A stretch of DNA of 64,000 nt from a bacterium (GTDB lineage Bacteria; Patescibacteriota; Dojkabacteria; B142; OLB20), in contig JAJTYI010000009.1 of the NCBI GenBank assembly GCA_021463645.1, forward strand, positions 189,269 through 253,268, written 5' to 3'. Below are positions 8,062 to 17,192 of the stretch, piece by piece. The notes below the pieces were generated by a model that was not told the origin of the DNA, searched no databases, and saw only the letters and a list, made by a program, of their open reading frames with translations. Made by a program: the position numbers and the translations under genes. Position 1 is the first letter of the stretch. Every line of letters begins with the position of its first letter.

Positions 8062-8236
8062 AGCAACAGCCAAAAGGTTTCGAGTAACCAGGAAAGGCAA
8101 AATTATGCACAATAGACAAGGTGATAATGCTCATTTGAAAGCAAATAAAACTTCACAGCAAAAAGCTAGAAAAAAGGGCAAAAGCTCTCTAGGAAGCAAA
8201 ACAGAGTCTAAGAAAATTATTAGTTTATTATCGTAA
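8036..8236 (+). CDS. rpmI: 50S ribosomal protein L35
   Basis: 'KTHKATAKRFRVTRKGKIMHNRQG', as in L35 ('KTHRGAAKRFKKTGKGGFKHR'). Overlaps the end of infC. Confidence 0.8.
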   Translation: MKNKQKTHKATAKRFRVTRKGKIMHNRQGDNAHLKANKTSQQKARKKGKSSLGSKTESKKIISLLS

Positions 8237-8240
8237 TTAA

Positions 8241-8585
8241 ATGAGGGTTAAAAGAGGCAAATCAAAAAATCAAAAGCACAAAAAAGTTCTTAATAGCACA
8301 AAAGGTTATAGACTTTCGTATTCTAAACTTTATAGACGTGCAAAGGAAGCAATGCTTCATGCTGGTCAATATTCATATGCACATAGAAGAAAGAGATCAG
8401 GAGATTTCAGAAGACTTTGGATAGAAAGAATAAACGCTGCACTATCCGAACATGATATGAAGTATAGTGAATTCATCAATAAACTAAAAATAAATGATAT
8501 TCACCTAAACAGAAAAATTCTTTCTGAACTTGGACTACATAACAAAAACGTTTTTGCTGAAGTAGTCAAAGCAGTAAAAAAATAA
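8241..8585 (+). CDS. rplT: 50S ribosomal protein L20
   Basis: 'MRVKRGKSKNQKHKKVLNSTKGYRLSYSKLYRRAKEAMLHAGQYSYAHRRKRSGDFRRLWIERINAA', the canonical L20 sequence. Confidence 0.9.
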   Translation: MRVKRGKSKNQKHKKVLNSTKGYRLSYSKLYRRAKEAMLHAGQYSYAHRRKRSGDFRRLWIERINAALSEHDMKYSEFINKLKINDIHLNRKILSELGLHNKNVFAEVVKAVKK

Positions 8586-8604
8586 AAACACTACTTAGTG
8601 TCAC

Positions 8605-9654
8605 ATGAGCGCATCAAAACCTGACCTACAAAAAACGCTAGATGACGTCAAGAATTTGATTGATACAGCGAAACCCCTGCTTGAAAAAGTTACCACCCTT
8701 GAAGAAAATGAAACACTTAGAGTTCAATTTCTTGGCCGTAAATCCAAACTTACTGATATTTTGAGAACTCTGAAAGAATTTTCAGATGAGGATAGAGTGA
8801 TAATAGGTTCAGAAGCGAATAAAATAAAAACTCAACTTTCGGAAATGGTAGAAAACAATTCCGTCAGATTATTAAAGATCAAACACAACAGAATTTCGGA
8901 CAAAGAAAAAATTGATGTAACACTTCCAGTTTATGAGCCACAAATCGGACATATTCATCCAGTAACACAGATGCAATGGAAGACAGAAGACATATTTCAA
9001 AAGATGGGGTTCGATATAGTTTATCCCTATGAAATCGATGATGATTATCACAATTTCACTGCTGTAAACTTACCAGAAGGTCATCCTGCGAGAGATAATT
9101 GGGACACATTTTGGACAGAAGACGGCCAGATTGCTATTACACATACATCATCAATGCAAAATCGAATTCTCAAGGAATTCAAACCTCCAATCAGAGTAAT
9201 TGTTCCTGGCAGGTGTTTCCGACACGAAGCAACTGATGCCAGACACGAACACACATTTACTCAAGTGGAAGGAGTCTATGTAGACAAAAATGTCACCTTA
9301 AATAATATGCTTGCCACGCTTAAGACTTTCTTCAGCGAATTTTACGAAAAAGAAGTAGAAGTGAAATTTACACCTGATTTTTTCCCATTTGTCGAACCCG
9401 GGGGAATGATGTCATTAACATGTATCTTGTGTGATGGTAAAGGCTGTAATGTTTGTAAGAATACTGGTTGGTTAGAAATTTTGGGATGTGGAATGATTCA
9501 CCCAAATGTTCTCAAAATGGGTGGAATTGATAGTGATGTATATAGTGGTTTTGCATGGGGTTTTGGTTTAGAAAGACTAGTAATGTTGAAATATAATATT
9601 GAAGATATCAGACATTTCTATAGTGGAAAGTTTGACTTCCTTAAACAATTTTAG
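8605..9654 (+). CDS. pheS: Phenylalanyl-tRNA synthetase alpha subunit
   Basis: 'FRHEATDARHEHTFTQVEG', 'FPFVEPGG' and 'WLEILGCGMIHPNVL...SGFAWGFGLERLVMLKY'. Carries the CxxC...CxxC insert also seen in Bacillus PheS. Confidence 0.9.
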   Translation: MSASKPDLQKTLDDVKNLIDTAKPLLEKVTTLEENETLRVQFLGRKSKLTDILRTLKEFSDEDRVIIGSEANKIKTQLSEMVENNSVRLLKIKHNRISDKEKIDVTLPVYEPQIGHIHPVTQMQWKTEDIFQKMGFDIVYPYEIDDDYHNFTAVNLPEGHPARDNWDTFWTEDGQIAITHTSSMQNRILKEFKPPIRVIVPGRCFRHEATDARHEHTFTQVEGVYVDKNVTLNNMLATLKTFFSEFYEKEVEVKFTPDFFPFVEPGGMMSLTCILCDGKGCNVCKNTGWLEILGCGMIHPNVLKMGGIDSDVYSGFAWGFGLERLVMLKYNIEDIRHFYSGKFDFLKQF

Positions 9655-9669
9655 AATTAATACGTAATC

Positions 9670-12108
9670 ATGCTGATATCACATAAATGGCTCAAAAATT
9701 ATCTTCCAGAACTTGATAAATTTTCAACGGAAACCATAGCAGAATCTCTTACCACCAGTCTTGCTGAAGTAGAACAAATTATTCCTGTAAGACAAGATTT
9801 ATTAAATATCGTTGTTGGAGAAGTCTTGGAAGTCAAAAAACATGAGAATAGTGACAAACTCAGCATCTGTCAGGTCACCTCCGATGGCAATGATCGAATT
9901 CAGGTGATTTGTGGAGCTACAAATGTTAAAGAAAAAATCAAAGTCGCACTTTGTTTACCTGGGGGGAGAGTCTACACTGATACAAAAGGCAATACACTTG
10001 ATATAAGTGTCACAACAATCCGAGGTGTCGAATCATTCGGGATGATATGTTCCGAGAGAGAACTTGGTATAGGTGATGATCATACAGGAATTATGATATT
10101 AGAAGACAATTTACCTGTTGGCGAAAACTTAACCGACTTATTACAAGATTGGGTATACGAAATTGAGAACAAGTCACTTTCACATAGAGGTGATTGTTTC
10201 TCTCATACTGGTATTGCTAGAGAACTTTCGGCGATACTGGCAATTGACTTTTTAGAGGATACCACACCTCCAGAATCGATTCTTCCAAATGGTAGCGGGA
10301 AGAAAATTCAAATTGAAATCTCTGTTAACAAAGAACTATGCAAAAGATTTAGTGCGTTATTAGTAGAAGAATTAGTCGTCAAAGATTCTCCGATATGGCT
10401 TAAAGCTAGATTAAGTTCAGTAGGAGAGAGGTCCATCAATAATATTGTTGACATCACAAATTTCGTAATGCTCGACAAAGGTCAACCTCTTCATGCATAT
10501 GATTATGACAAACTTATTGGGAACAAACTAATTGTCCGAAAAGCAAGAAATAATGAGAAAGTGAAAACACTCGACGGAATAGAACGCAATTTAGATAATA
10601 CAACTGTTGTAATTGCAGACGAAAAGAATGTGGAGGATATCGCAGGAATAATGGGTGGTTACAACAGTCAGATTTCCACTGAGACAAACACAATTTTATT
10701 AGAGGCAGCTAATTTTGACATGTATAATATCCGCAGAAGTTCTAGACAATTAGGACTCCGAACTGAGGCAAGTACTAGATTTGAAAAAGGCTTAGACGAA
10801 AACCTCACAGTACAAACTATTAGAAATGCTTACACATTGATTTCTGATTTAACAGGAGGAGAGGTTGCAGACGAACTATTTGATTATTATCCTGACCCAT
10901 CTATCCCTAAACAAGTTGAGATTGACGTCAAGATGGTTAACAGACTACTCTCAACAGATTTTACAAAATACGAAATTATTGACCTGTTAAAGAGACTTCA
11001 AATTAATTTACTTGAACAAGAGAATTCGGACGGGTCTGAACCAAATCTTGAGACTCAAACATTGTTAACATTCGTCATCCCTACATTTAGAAAAGATATA
11101 AATATCAAAGAAGACCTAGTCGAAGAAGTTGCTAGAATTTACGGCTTTAAGAACATAACTCCGAAATTACCTGAAAAAGATCTTACTCCAGCTAAAATAT
11201 ACAGCACAAGTTCACTGTTTAGGCTATTTACCAATTCTGTTAGTGCACTTGGGTATACAGAAGTTAAAACATATAGCTTTATTGGAGAATCCGATATAAC
11301 AAAGTCGAATCTTAATACAACAGACTTTTTGAAACTATCTAATCCACTTGCACCCGAATTAAAATATGTAAGGAATTCACTAGTGCCAAGTATGATATCA
11401 AGTATAAAGAAGAACCAACCTAAATATTTAAATTCTAAGATTTTTGAACTAAATAGGGTAGTAACGAAAAAACTTGATAACGATGGGATTCATATACAAC
11501 CATGGACTATGGCAATTGCAATCAACCATCATGAGAACTATTCGAATGCATTCCAGGATATAAAAGGCATCACTGAATATTTATCACATTTATTAAACAT
11601 AAAATTCAACTATAAGAACATCTCATCTGGAAACAAATATTCTAAAACTTTCCACCCATTCCAATCTGCTGAAATTATGCTTGAGGATGAAACAATTGGA
11701 AATATTGGACTATTACACCCAGAAGTAATCTATAATAATGAAATTCAAGGCTTAATCTCAATTGCTGAAATCAATTTAGACAAATTAATACAATTCGTAA
11801 ATAATCATAACTCATATAAAGCCTTACCGAATTACCCAGAGACAAACAGGGACCTTAGTTTCTGGATACCTCAAAAAGTCAACTATTCAGACATAGAAAG
11901 AACTATTAGGAATCTTGAGGTAGGATTATTGAAAAATATTGTATTGAAAGACACTTATGTTAATAAAGACGATGAAATCAGCTATACAATCACATTAACA
12001 TTCTCTAGCGATGAAAAAACCTTAACTGATGAGGAAGTTGATAAACTCGAAAGTTTTGTAGCAAGAGAACTTCAATCAAAACTTGACTTGAAGCTAAGAA
12101 TTAACTAA
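9670..12108 (+). CDS. pheT: Phenylalanyl-tRNA synthetase beta subunit
   Basis: 812 aa. N-terminal 'MLISHKWLKNYLP' and a tRNA-binding OB fold, followed by B3/4 and B5 domains. Adjacent to pheS. Confidence 0.9.
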   Translation: MLISHKWLKNYLPELDKFSTETIAESLTTSLAEVEQIIPVRQDLLNIVVGEVLEVKKHENSDKLSICQVTSDGNDRIQVICGATNVKEKIKVALCLPGGRVYTDTKGNTLDISVTTIRGVESFGMICSERELGIGDDHTGIMILEDNLPVGENLTDLLQDWVYEIENKSLSHRGDCFSHTGIARELSAILAIDFLEDTTPPESILPNGSGKKIQIEISVNKELCKRFSALLVEELVVKDSPIWLKARLSSVGERSINNIVDITNFVMLDKGQPLHAYDYDKLIGNKLIVRKARNNEKVKTLDGIERNLDNTTVVIADEKNVEDIAGIMGGYNSQISTETNTILLEAANFDMYNIRRSSRQLGLRTEASTRFEKGLDENLTVQTIRNAYTLISDLTGGEVADELFDYYPDPSIPKQVEIDVKMVNRLLSTDFTKYEIIDLLKRLQINLLEQENSDGSEPNLETQTLLTFVIPTFRKDINIKEDLVEEVARIYGFKNITPKLPEKDLTPAKIYSTSSLFRLFTNSVSALGYTEVKTYSFIGESDITKSNLNTTDFLKLSNPLAPELKYVRNSLVPSMISSIKKNQPKYLNSKIFELNRVVTKKLDNDGIHIQPWTMAIAINHHENYSNAFQDIKGITEYLSHLLNIKFNYKNISSGNKYSKTFHPFQSAEIMLEDETIGNIGLLHPEVIYNNEIQGLISIAEINLDKLIQFVNNHNSYKALPNYPETNRDLSFWIPQKVNYSDIERTIRNLEVGLLKNIVLKDTYVNKDDEISYTITLTFSSDEKTLTDEEVDKLESFVARELQSKLDLKLRIN

Positions 12109-12118
12109 CTGGTTAATT
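12099..12118. other. AT-rich hairpin (AATTAAC-TAACTG-GTTAATT) containing the stop codons of the convergent pheT and PBP genes
   Basis: pheT TAA at 12106-12108 and the PBP stop (TTA on +) at 12113-12115 fall in the loop and stem. TTTT follows on the + strand. Possible minimal bidirectional terminator. Confidence 0.3.
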
Positions 12119-15076
12119 TTGAATGATTGTAGGGACAATCTGACCACCTCTCACTCTGATTGTAATAGTATTTGACTCGATAGTTTCTCCTGATTTCTTA
12201 CCACGAACTTTTATTTTCACCTCACCAGTATCACTTTTTACTTCCCATGTACATTTGGAATCTGAGCATTGAGTTTCAACTTTGTCATCCACAATTAAAG
12301 TAACCTGATTTAATGAACCACCGGTATAACTAAATCTGACATCCACGAAGTCTCCTTTCCTGACCTCTGAATTATTAGAAGGGGAGGTAATTTTCAAATC
12401 CCCTCTAATCTCAACAGGTATACTTGAAGTGCCGCTTTTTCCTGCTTTGTCAAAAACCACGAGTCTCAAAGTTCGACTTCCAGGTGCTTGACCGCTTATA
12501 TCGAAATCTGCACTTCCAGAGGCATTCGAAGACTTTCCTAGAAGAGTACTATCCAAATAGAATTCAACTCTATCAACTTCACTGTCAGGTGAAAAAGCTT
12601 CGTATGCAATTACAAGCTCTTTTGATAATACTGCACCTGAGGAAGGAGATGAAATGTTTGCCCATGGTTCTGATGTACCACTAGGATTTCTATTTATAGT
12701 GCAATATTCAGTTGGTATGGTAAATAATTTATCACTTCCTTTCAAGTAGTTGTCTAAAAACCCCTGTAAATCCTTGACGGGCATGGTATATTTAGCCGCA
12801 TTCAATTTTGTAGATTGTCCTACTTTTATATCAATTTCTCTAGCCAATCTATCCATCTGATCTGTACACACAACAACCTCTTGGAATTCCACGTAAGGTG
12901 GAACTTTGAAACCTGTGATAGCTAAATCACCTTTGTAATTTTCACATCCGAATTTGTCATTTATTTTACAACTGGCATTACTGAACTCAATACCTTCGGG
13001 GCGGGGAAATTCAGTTTTTGGAATTGAATCTCCGATTCTTTTTACGAATTCGGACACCCATGGTTTAGCAGAAGTCAAACCTGATGCACCAAAACGCATT
13101 CCTTCGTTATTGTTGTTTCCGAGCCATCCGACAGCAACAATCTCAGGTGTATACGTTGCAAATAGTGTTTCCCTTTGGCCCTCAGATGTACCTGTTTTTC
13201 CTGCGATATCACGACCATCCCAACTAACTCCAGGACCTCTATTTTTACCATTAAGCATATGATTGACCAAATATACTCCTCTAGGGTCAGCAACTAAAGT
13301 GGACTCAGCTTTGTGCTCATATAGGATTTCTCCGGATTTATCTTCGATTTTTAGGATTGCTTCATACGGTGTAAAGTTCCCTGCATTCGCAAGTACTCCA
13401 TAAGCCTGAGCATGCTCAATAAGCTTTATATCTGCACCTCCGACTGAAACAGCAGGACCATAACCTTCGGGATTTGTAAACGTAGTGTAGCCCCATTTTT
13501 GCATCTCTAATATAAAGTTCTCAACTCCGACAGCTTGTATCAATTCTATCGCAGGAATATTTCTAGATTCCACTAAGTGGTGACGTGCAGTATTCAACCC
13601 AATGAAACCTCCCTCATAATTTTTCGGTTTATAATTACCAATTTGGATAGGGATGTCAGGTATAATCGAACCGGGGAAGACAACTTTATCCATGATTGCT
13701 TTGTAATACACCATGCTCTTCATAGATGAACCATATGACTGCAAAGTATCGGAAATGTTTACCTTCGGTTCAAATTTACAATCTAACCCGACAGTACAAC
13801 CTTCGGGGGACTCGGTTCCAAAATAATCATAGGAACCAACCATTGCTAGAATTTCTCCGGTTTTGGGATTTAGAGAAACAAGTGAGGCATTTGATGCACC
13901 AAATTGTTTTCCATAAGTATCGACACCCACTTTAACTTGTTCTTCAGCAATTTGTTGATAGTCAGAGTCAAGAGTGGTGTATATTCTCAACCCTTGAGTC
14001 TCAAGTTCGTTTAAAGTAAAGGGCTCTCCATTATTGTATGGTCTATTTTGTAGTAATTTTTGCGCAAAAAACACGAAATGAGGAGCATTAATTTCAAACT
14101 TTGGTTCTTTGTATGCCAACTCAAAACCTCTAGCTTCATCAATCATCTCCTTTGTTAAAGCATTTTCCTGTCCTGTTGATTCTTTGATTTCTTTATTAAT
14201 CTTATCCATATATTTCTCAAGTTGATTCAAGACATATTCTTGTCTTCCTTTGACTTTTACTTTAGCTTCTTCAGGATTTGCTGATTTAGTAGGGGAGAGT
14301 CGCGTTGGATCCTGAGGAATAGCGGCAATTATAGCCATCTCTGCCAAATTAAGATCTTTCAATTCTTTATCAAAATAGAACTTCGATGCCGATGTAACCC
14401 CATATACATTACTTCCTTCTGGAGCAATTGTAAGATACATTTCCAAAATTTCATCTTTATCTCTATCTTGTTCAATTTGAAGAGCAAGGATAATTTCTTT
14501 TACTTTTCTTTCAATTTTTCTTTCATTTGTAAGTGCTGTCTGTTTAATAAGCTGTTGTGTGACTGTACTAGCCCCGCAAGTTTCATTTCCATCGGTAGCA
14601 TACCTTAATCCACATCTAATAACACCAGGGATATCTACTCCTGGATGTTCATAAAAATCAATATCTTCAGCAGCAAGGAAAGACCATTTCAAAAGTTCGG
14701 GAACTTCCTCGATTTTCACTGGATCTGCATTCTGATCTGCAAACACTCTATATAATAACTTTCCATTTCTATCATATATTTCACTAGCAGAGTTTTTCGG
14801 TCCAAATGGCTTATCTGGACTTGGCAGATCTTCAGTTAAAGACTGCACATAGGTAAGAACTGCAATCAATCCAACAAAGCAAAATACTACAAAGGTAAGA
14901 AGAATAATATACATAACCTTTTTAACTCGCTTGCTAGAAATTCTTTTTTTCTTTTTGGATTTCTTACTTCCTGCTTTCGATTGCTTGAGCCAATTTTGGC
15001 TAGAGTAAGTTTTAATCCTCGCTGGATTTACCTTGCGAGTACGCTTCTTTGGGGTCAATTTAGATCTATATTTCAT
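12113..15076 (-). CDS. Class A penicillin-binding protein (GT51 transglycosylase plus transpeptidase) with a C-terminal Ig-like repeat extension
   Basis: GT51 motifs 'EDIDFYEHPGVD' and 'GASTVTQQLIK'. Transpeptidase 'SSMKS' (SxxK) and 'KTGTS' (KTG). TM anchor after a Lys/Arg-rich tail. About 300 aa of extra beta-rich repeats at the C-terminus. The start is placed at the second ATG (MKYRSK...) because a TATAAT lies inside the longer 15133 extension; the ORF track gives 15133. Confidence 0.8.
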   Translation of the reverse strand: MKYRSKLTPKKRTRKVNPARIKTYSSQNWLKQSKAGSKKSKKKKRISSKRVKKVMYIILLTFVVFCFVGLIAVLTYVQSLTEDLPSPDKPFGPKNSASEIYDRNGKLLYRVFADQNADPVKIEEVPELLKWSFLAAEDIDFYEHPGVDIPGVIRCGLRYATDGNETCGASTVTQQLIKQTALTNERKIERKVKEIILALQIEQDRDKDEILEMYLTIAPEGSNVYGVTSASKFYFDKELKDLNLAEMAIIAAIPQDPTRLSPTKSANPEEAKVKVKGRQEYVLNQLEKYMDKINKEIKESTGQENALTKEMIDEARGFELAYKEPKFEINAPHFVFFAQKLLQNRPYNNGEPFTLNELETQGLRIYTTLDSDYQQIAEEQVKVGVDTYGKQFGASNASLVSLNPKTGEILAMVGSYDYFGTESPEGCTVGLDCKFEPKVNISDTLQSYGSSMKSMVYYKAIMDKVVFPGSIIPDIPIQIGNYKPKNYEGGFIGLNTARHHLVESRNIPAIELIQAVGVENFILEMQKWGYTTFTNPEGYGPAVSVGGADIKLIEHAQAYGVLANAGNFTPYEAILKIEDKSGEILYEHKAESTLVADPRGVYLVNHMLNGKNRGPGVSWDGRDIAGKTGTSEGQRETLFATYTPEIVAVGWLGNNNNEGMRFGASGLTSAKPWVSEFVKRIGDSIPKTEFPRPEGIEFSNASCKINDKFGCENYKGDLAITGFKVPPYVEFQEVVVCTDQMDRLAREIDIKVGQSTKLNAAKYTMPVKDLQGFLDNYLKGSDKLFTIPTEYCTINRNPSGTSEPWANISSPSSGAVLSKELVIAYEAFSPDSEVDRVEFYLDSTLLGKSSNASGSADFDISGQAPGSRTLRLVVFDKAGKSGTSSIPVEIRGDLKITSPSNNSEVRKGDFVDVRFSYTGGSLNQVTLIVDDKVETQCSDSKCTWEVKSDTGEVKIKVRGKKSGETIESNTITIRVRGGQIVPTIIQN

Positions 15077-15207
15077 ATTGTTCAGAATCAAAGATAGACT
15101 ATTATAGCAGGATTTTAACAATGTATAGAACATCCTACAAATATGTTATTTATCAAATAGGTAGGCATATTAAATGATTTCTTGTAAAATCAATTAATTA
15201 ATTAAGG

Positions 15208-16356
15208 TTGATGCAAAAAGAACTAATAAATAAATTGATTGAATTTATACAGATAGATTCGTACGCACACAAAAAAGATAGAGTAGTTGAAGCTCAAGAA
15301 TTTGTAAAACACTATCTGAAAGATGTACCTATTACCTGGGAAACTTCGGAATCTTCCAACCAAAGTTTAGCTCCAATTTTGCTTGGAAAATCAAAGAATT
15401 GGGATGATCAGCGTAAATCAATCACATTAACCGGACATTTGGATATTGTTTATCCTGATATTTCAGACTTCAAAATAAAATTAACAAACGAAAAACTCTT
15501 TGGACCAGGAACGGCCGATATGAAAGCCGGAGTGTTAGTAATACTAGAAGCAGTAAAAGAATTACATACAAATAATCTTTTACAGAATATTAATCTACTA
15601 TTCACAAGCGAGGAAGAACATTTTTTAACTTCCGAATATCCTGGTTTTGAATCAATTTCAAAAGGTATCGAGAATCTATTAGTATACGAAGGGGAGGGAA
15701 GTATTGATAAAAGACCGAATCTTGATGAGAAATTACTTGTAACGAAAAGGAAAGGTATTCTGGCATATACAATAAAGGCTACAGGTCCTGGAGGACATTC
15801 TGGAGTACTAAATAAGCATGAACTAAGACACAGTGCCATTCACGAATTACTTGAACAATCAAGAGATATTTTGAAACTGACAAATTATAATAAAGGAACT
15901 ACACTCAATATTGGTCTATTTAATGGTGGGCAAGCACTTAATATCCTCGCACCTGAGGCAGAAATTGTTTTTGATTCAAGATTAGACAACAGGGAAGAGT
16001 ACAATCGCATAAAGGAATCAGTAGAAAATCTACAATCTAAGGATAAGGAAATTGAATTAACAATTACAAACAAAATTAACGGATATCCGGTTGAAGAAAC
16101 TTCGCAAAATAAACGATTGTTTAAACTAGCAGTTGAAGCAGGGGATGAGTTGGGAATAAAAATTGGAGCGGTGCATAAAGGGGGAGCTTCAGATATGAAC
16201 CGAATCACAGCTTTCAATCCTGATATTGCTTGTCTTGATTATCTTGGACCAGTTGGAGGTGGCGAACATACAAAAGACGAGTTTTTATATCTTGAAACTT
16301 TTGATCCTTGTGTGAAACTTTCGGTGAAAATAATACAAAAGATATTAAATAAATAA
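15208..16356 (+). CDS. M20-family metallopeptidase (ArgE/DapE/carboxypeptidase G2-like)
   Basis: 'LTGHLDIVYP', 'FGPGTADMKAG', 'FTSEEE' and 'GPGGHSG' are M20 metal-binding and catalytic signatures. Confidence 0.7.
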   Translation: MMQKELINKLIEFIQIDSYAHKKDRVVEAQEFVKHYLKDVPITWETSESSNQSLAPILLGKSKNWDDQRKSITLTGHLDIVYPDISDFKIKLTNEKLFGPGTADMKAGVLVILEAVKELHTNNLLQNINLLFTSEEEHFLTSEYPGFESISKGIENLLVYEGEGSIDKRPNLDEKLLVTKRKGILAYTIKATGPGGHSGVLNKHELRHSAIHELLEQSRDILKLTNYNKGTTLNIGLFNGGQALNILAPEAEIVFDSRLDNREEYNRIKESVENLQSKDKEIELTITNKINGYPVEETSQNKRLFKLAVEAGDELGIKIGAVHKGGASDMNRITAFNPDIACLDYLGPVGGGEHTKDEFLYLETFDPCVKLSVKIIQKILNK

Positions 16357-16376
16357 TAATTTTTACCAATTTTAAA

Positions 16377-17000
16377 ATGGAAATTGACACAAACAATTTA
16401 AAGAAGTATTTTGCGGAATACCTTGGAACTTTTATCCTGACAACAGTAGTTATCGCTTCTATAGCAGGAGATTTCAGCGTATCTACTGCGGTACTTGCTT
16501 CTCTTACTTTACTCATTTTCGTTTATACAATAGGAAATATCTCAGGTTGTCATCTAAATCCTGCAGTTACACTAGGCATTTTCTCTCTTAAAAAAATCCA
16601 AGCAAAACAAGCATTAGCATATTTGATGGTTCAACTTTTAGGAGGTGCATCTGCATTTTACTTAACAAGATTATTAGATATCTCTACCAGAACAACCTTT
16701 TCATCCGACAATTCGGCATTGATGGGTGAATTTCTAGGAATGATGGTTTTCGCATTTGGAATTTCTGCTATTGCTCACAGAGCTGTTGATGATGACATGA
16801 ATGGAGTACTGATCGGTGGTTCATTATTAATTGGTTTGGCGATTGCTTCACTTTTTGGAGCAGGGGCGTTCTTAAACCCTGCAGTTATGCTTGGTCTGGG
16901 GGTTTCATCTGCAATTTATGTAATGGTTGATTTACTCGGCGCAGTAGTTGGATTCCAACTCTATAAGTTATTCAACAATAAAAAAGATCAAAATAATTAA
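16377..17000 (+). CDS. MIP-family channel (aquaporin/glycerol facilitator-like)
   Basis: Two NPA boxes: 'SGCHLNPAVTLG' and 'FLNPAVMLG'. Six predicted TM segments. Short at 207 aa. Confidence 0.8.
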   Translation: MEIDTNNLKKYFAEYLGTFILTTVVIASIAGDFSVSTAVLASLTLLIFVYTIGNISGCHLNPAVTLGIFSLKKIQAKQALAYLMVQLLGGASAFYLTRLLDISTRTTFSSDNSALMGEFLGMMVFAFGISAIAHRAVDDDMNGVLIGGSLLIGLAIASLFGAGAFLNPAVMLGLGVSSAIYVMVDLLGAVVGFQLYKLFNNKKDQNN

Positions 17001-17152
17001 CACTTTAGTTGTCAGAATCAAAATCCCGTGATAAAATTCTTGAAGTTTTTGTATATAACTAGTATCTCTATGTATAACAACAATTCATTTATTATTATCC
17101 TCTTTACAAACCGTTAACTCGGCGAAGGATGATATGAATGAAAATTATTTAT

Positions 17153-17176
17153 CCCGCCGAAAGGCGGTTTTTTTGT
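17153..17176 (+). terminator. Rho-independent terminator (CCGCC-GAAA-GGCGG plus T7), embedded in a 19-codon uORF that ends at the downstream gene's start
   Basis: GC stem with GNRA-like loop, followed by TTTTTTTGTTTTT. Lies 150 nt after the aquaporin stop and 17 nt before the ATG at 17193. Confidence 0.55.
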
Positions 17177-17192
17177 TTTTATTTTTATTATA

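Noticed and set aside
9400-9470. Cys-rich CxxC...CxxC insertion in PheS as a novelty
   Set aside because: The same insert (…CGGKGCNVCKHTGW…) is a known feature of PheS in Bacillus-type organisms.
15077-15133. Longer PBP start at 15133
   Set aside because: The 19-aa extension (MFYTLLKSCYNSLSLILNN) is non-basic, unlike the following Lys/Arg-rich cytoplasmic tail, and contains a TATAAT box. The internal ATG at 15076 was preferred, with low certainty.
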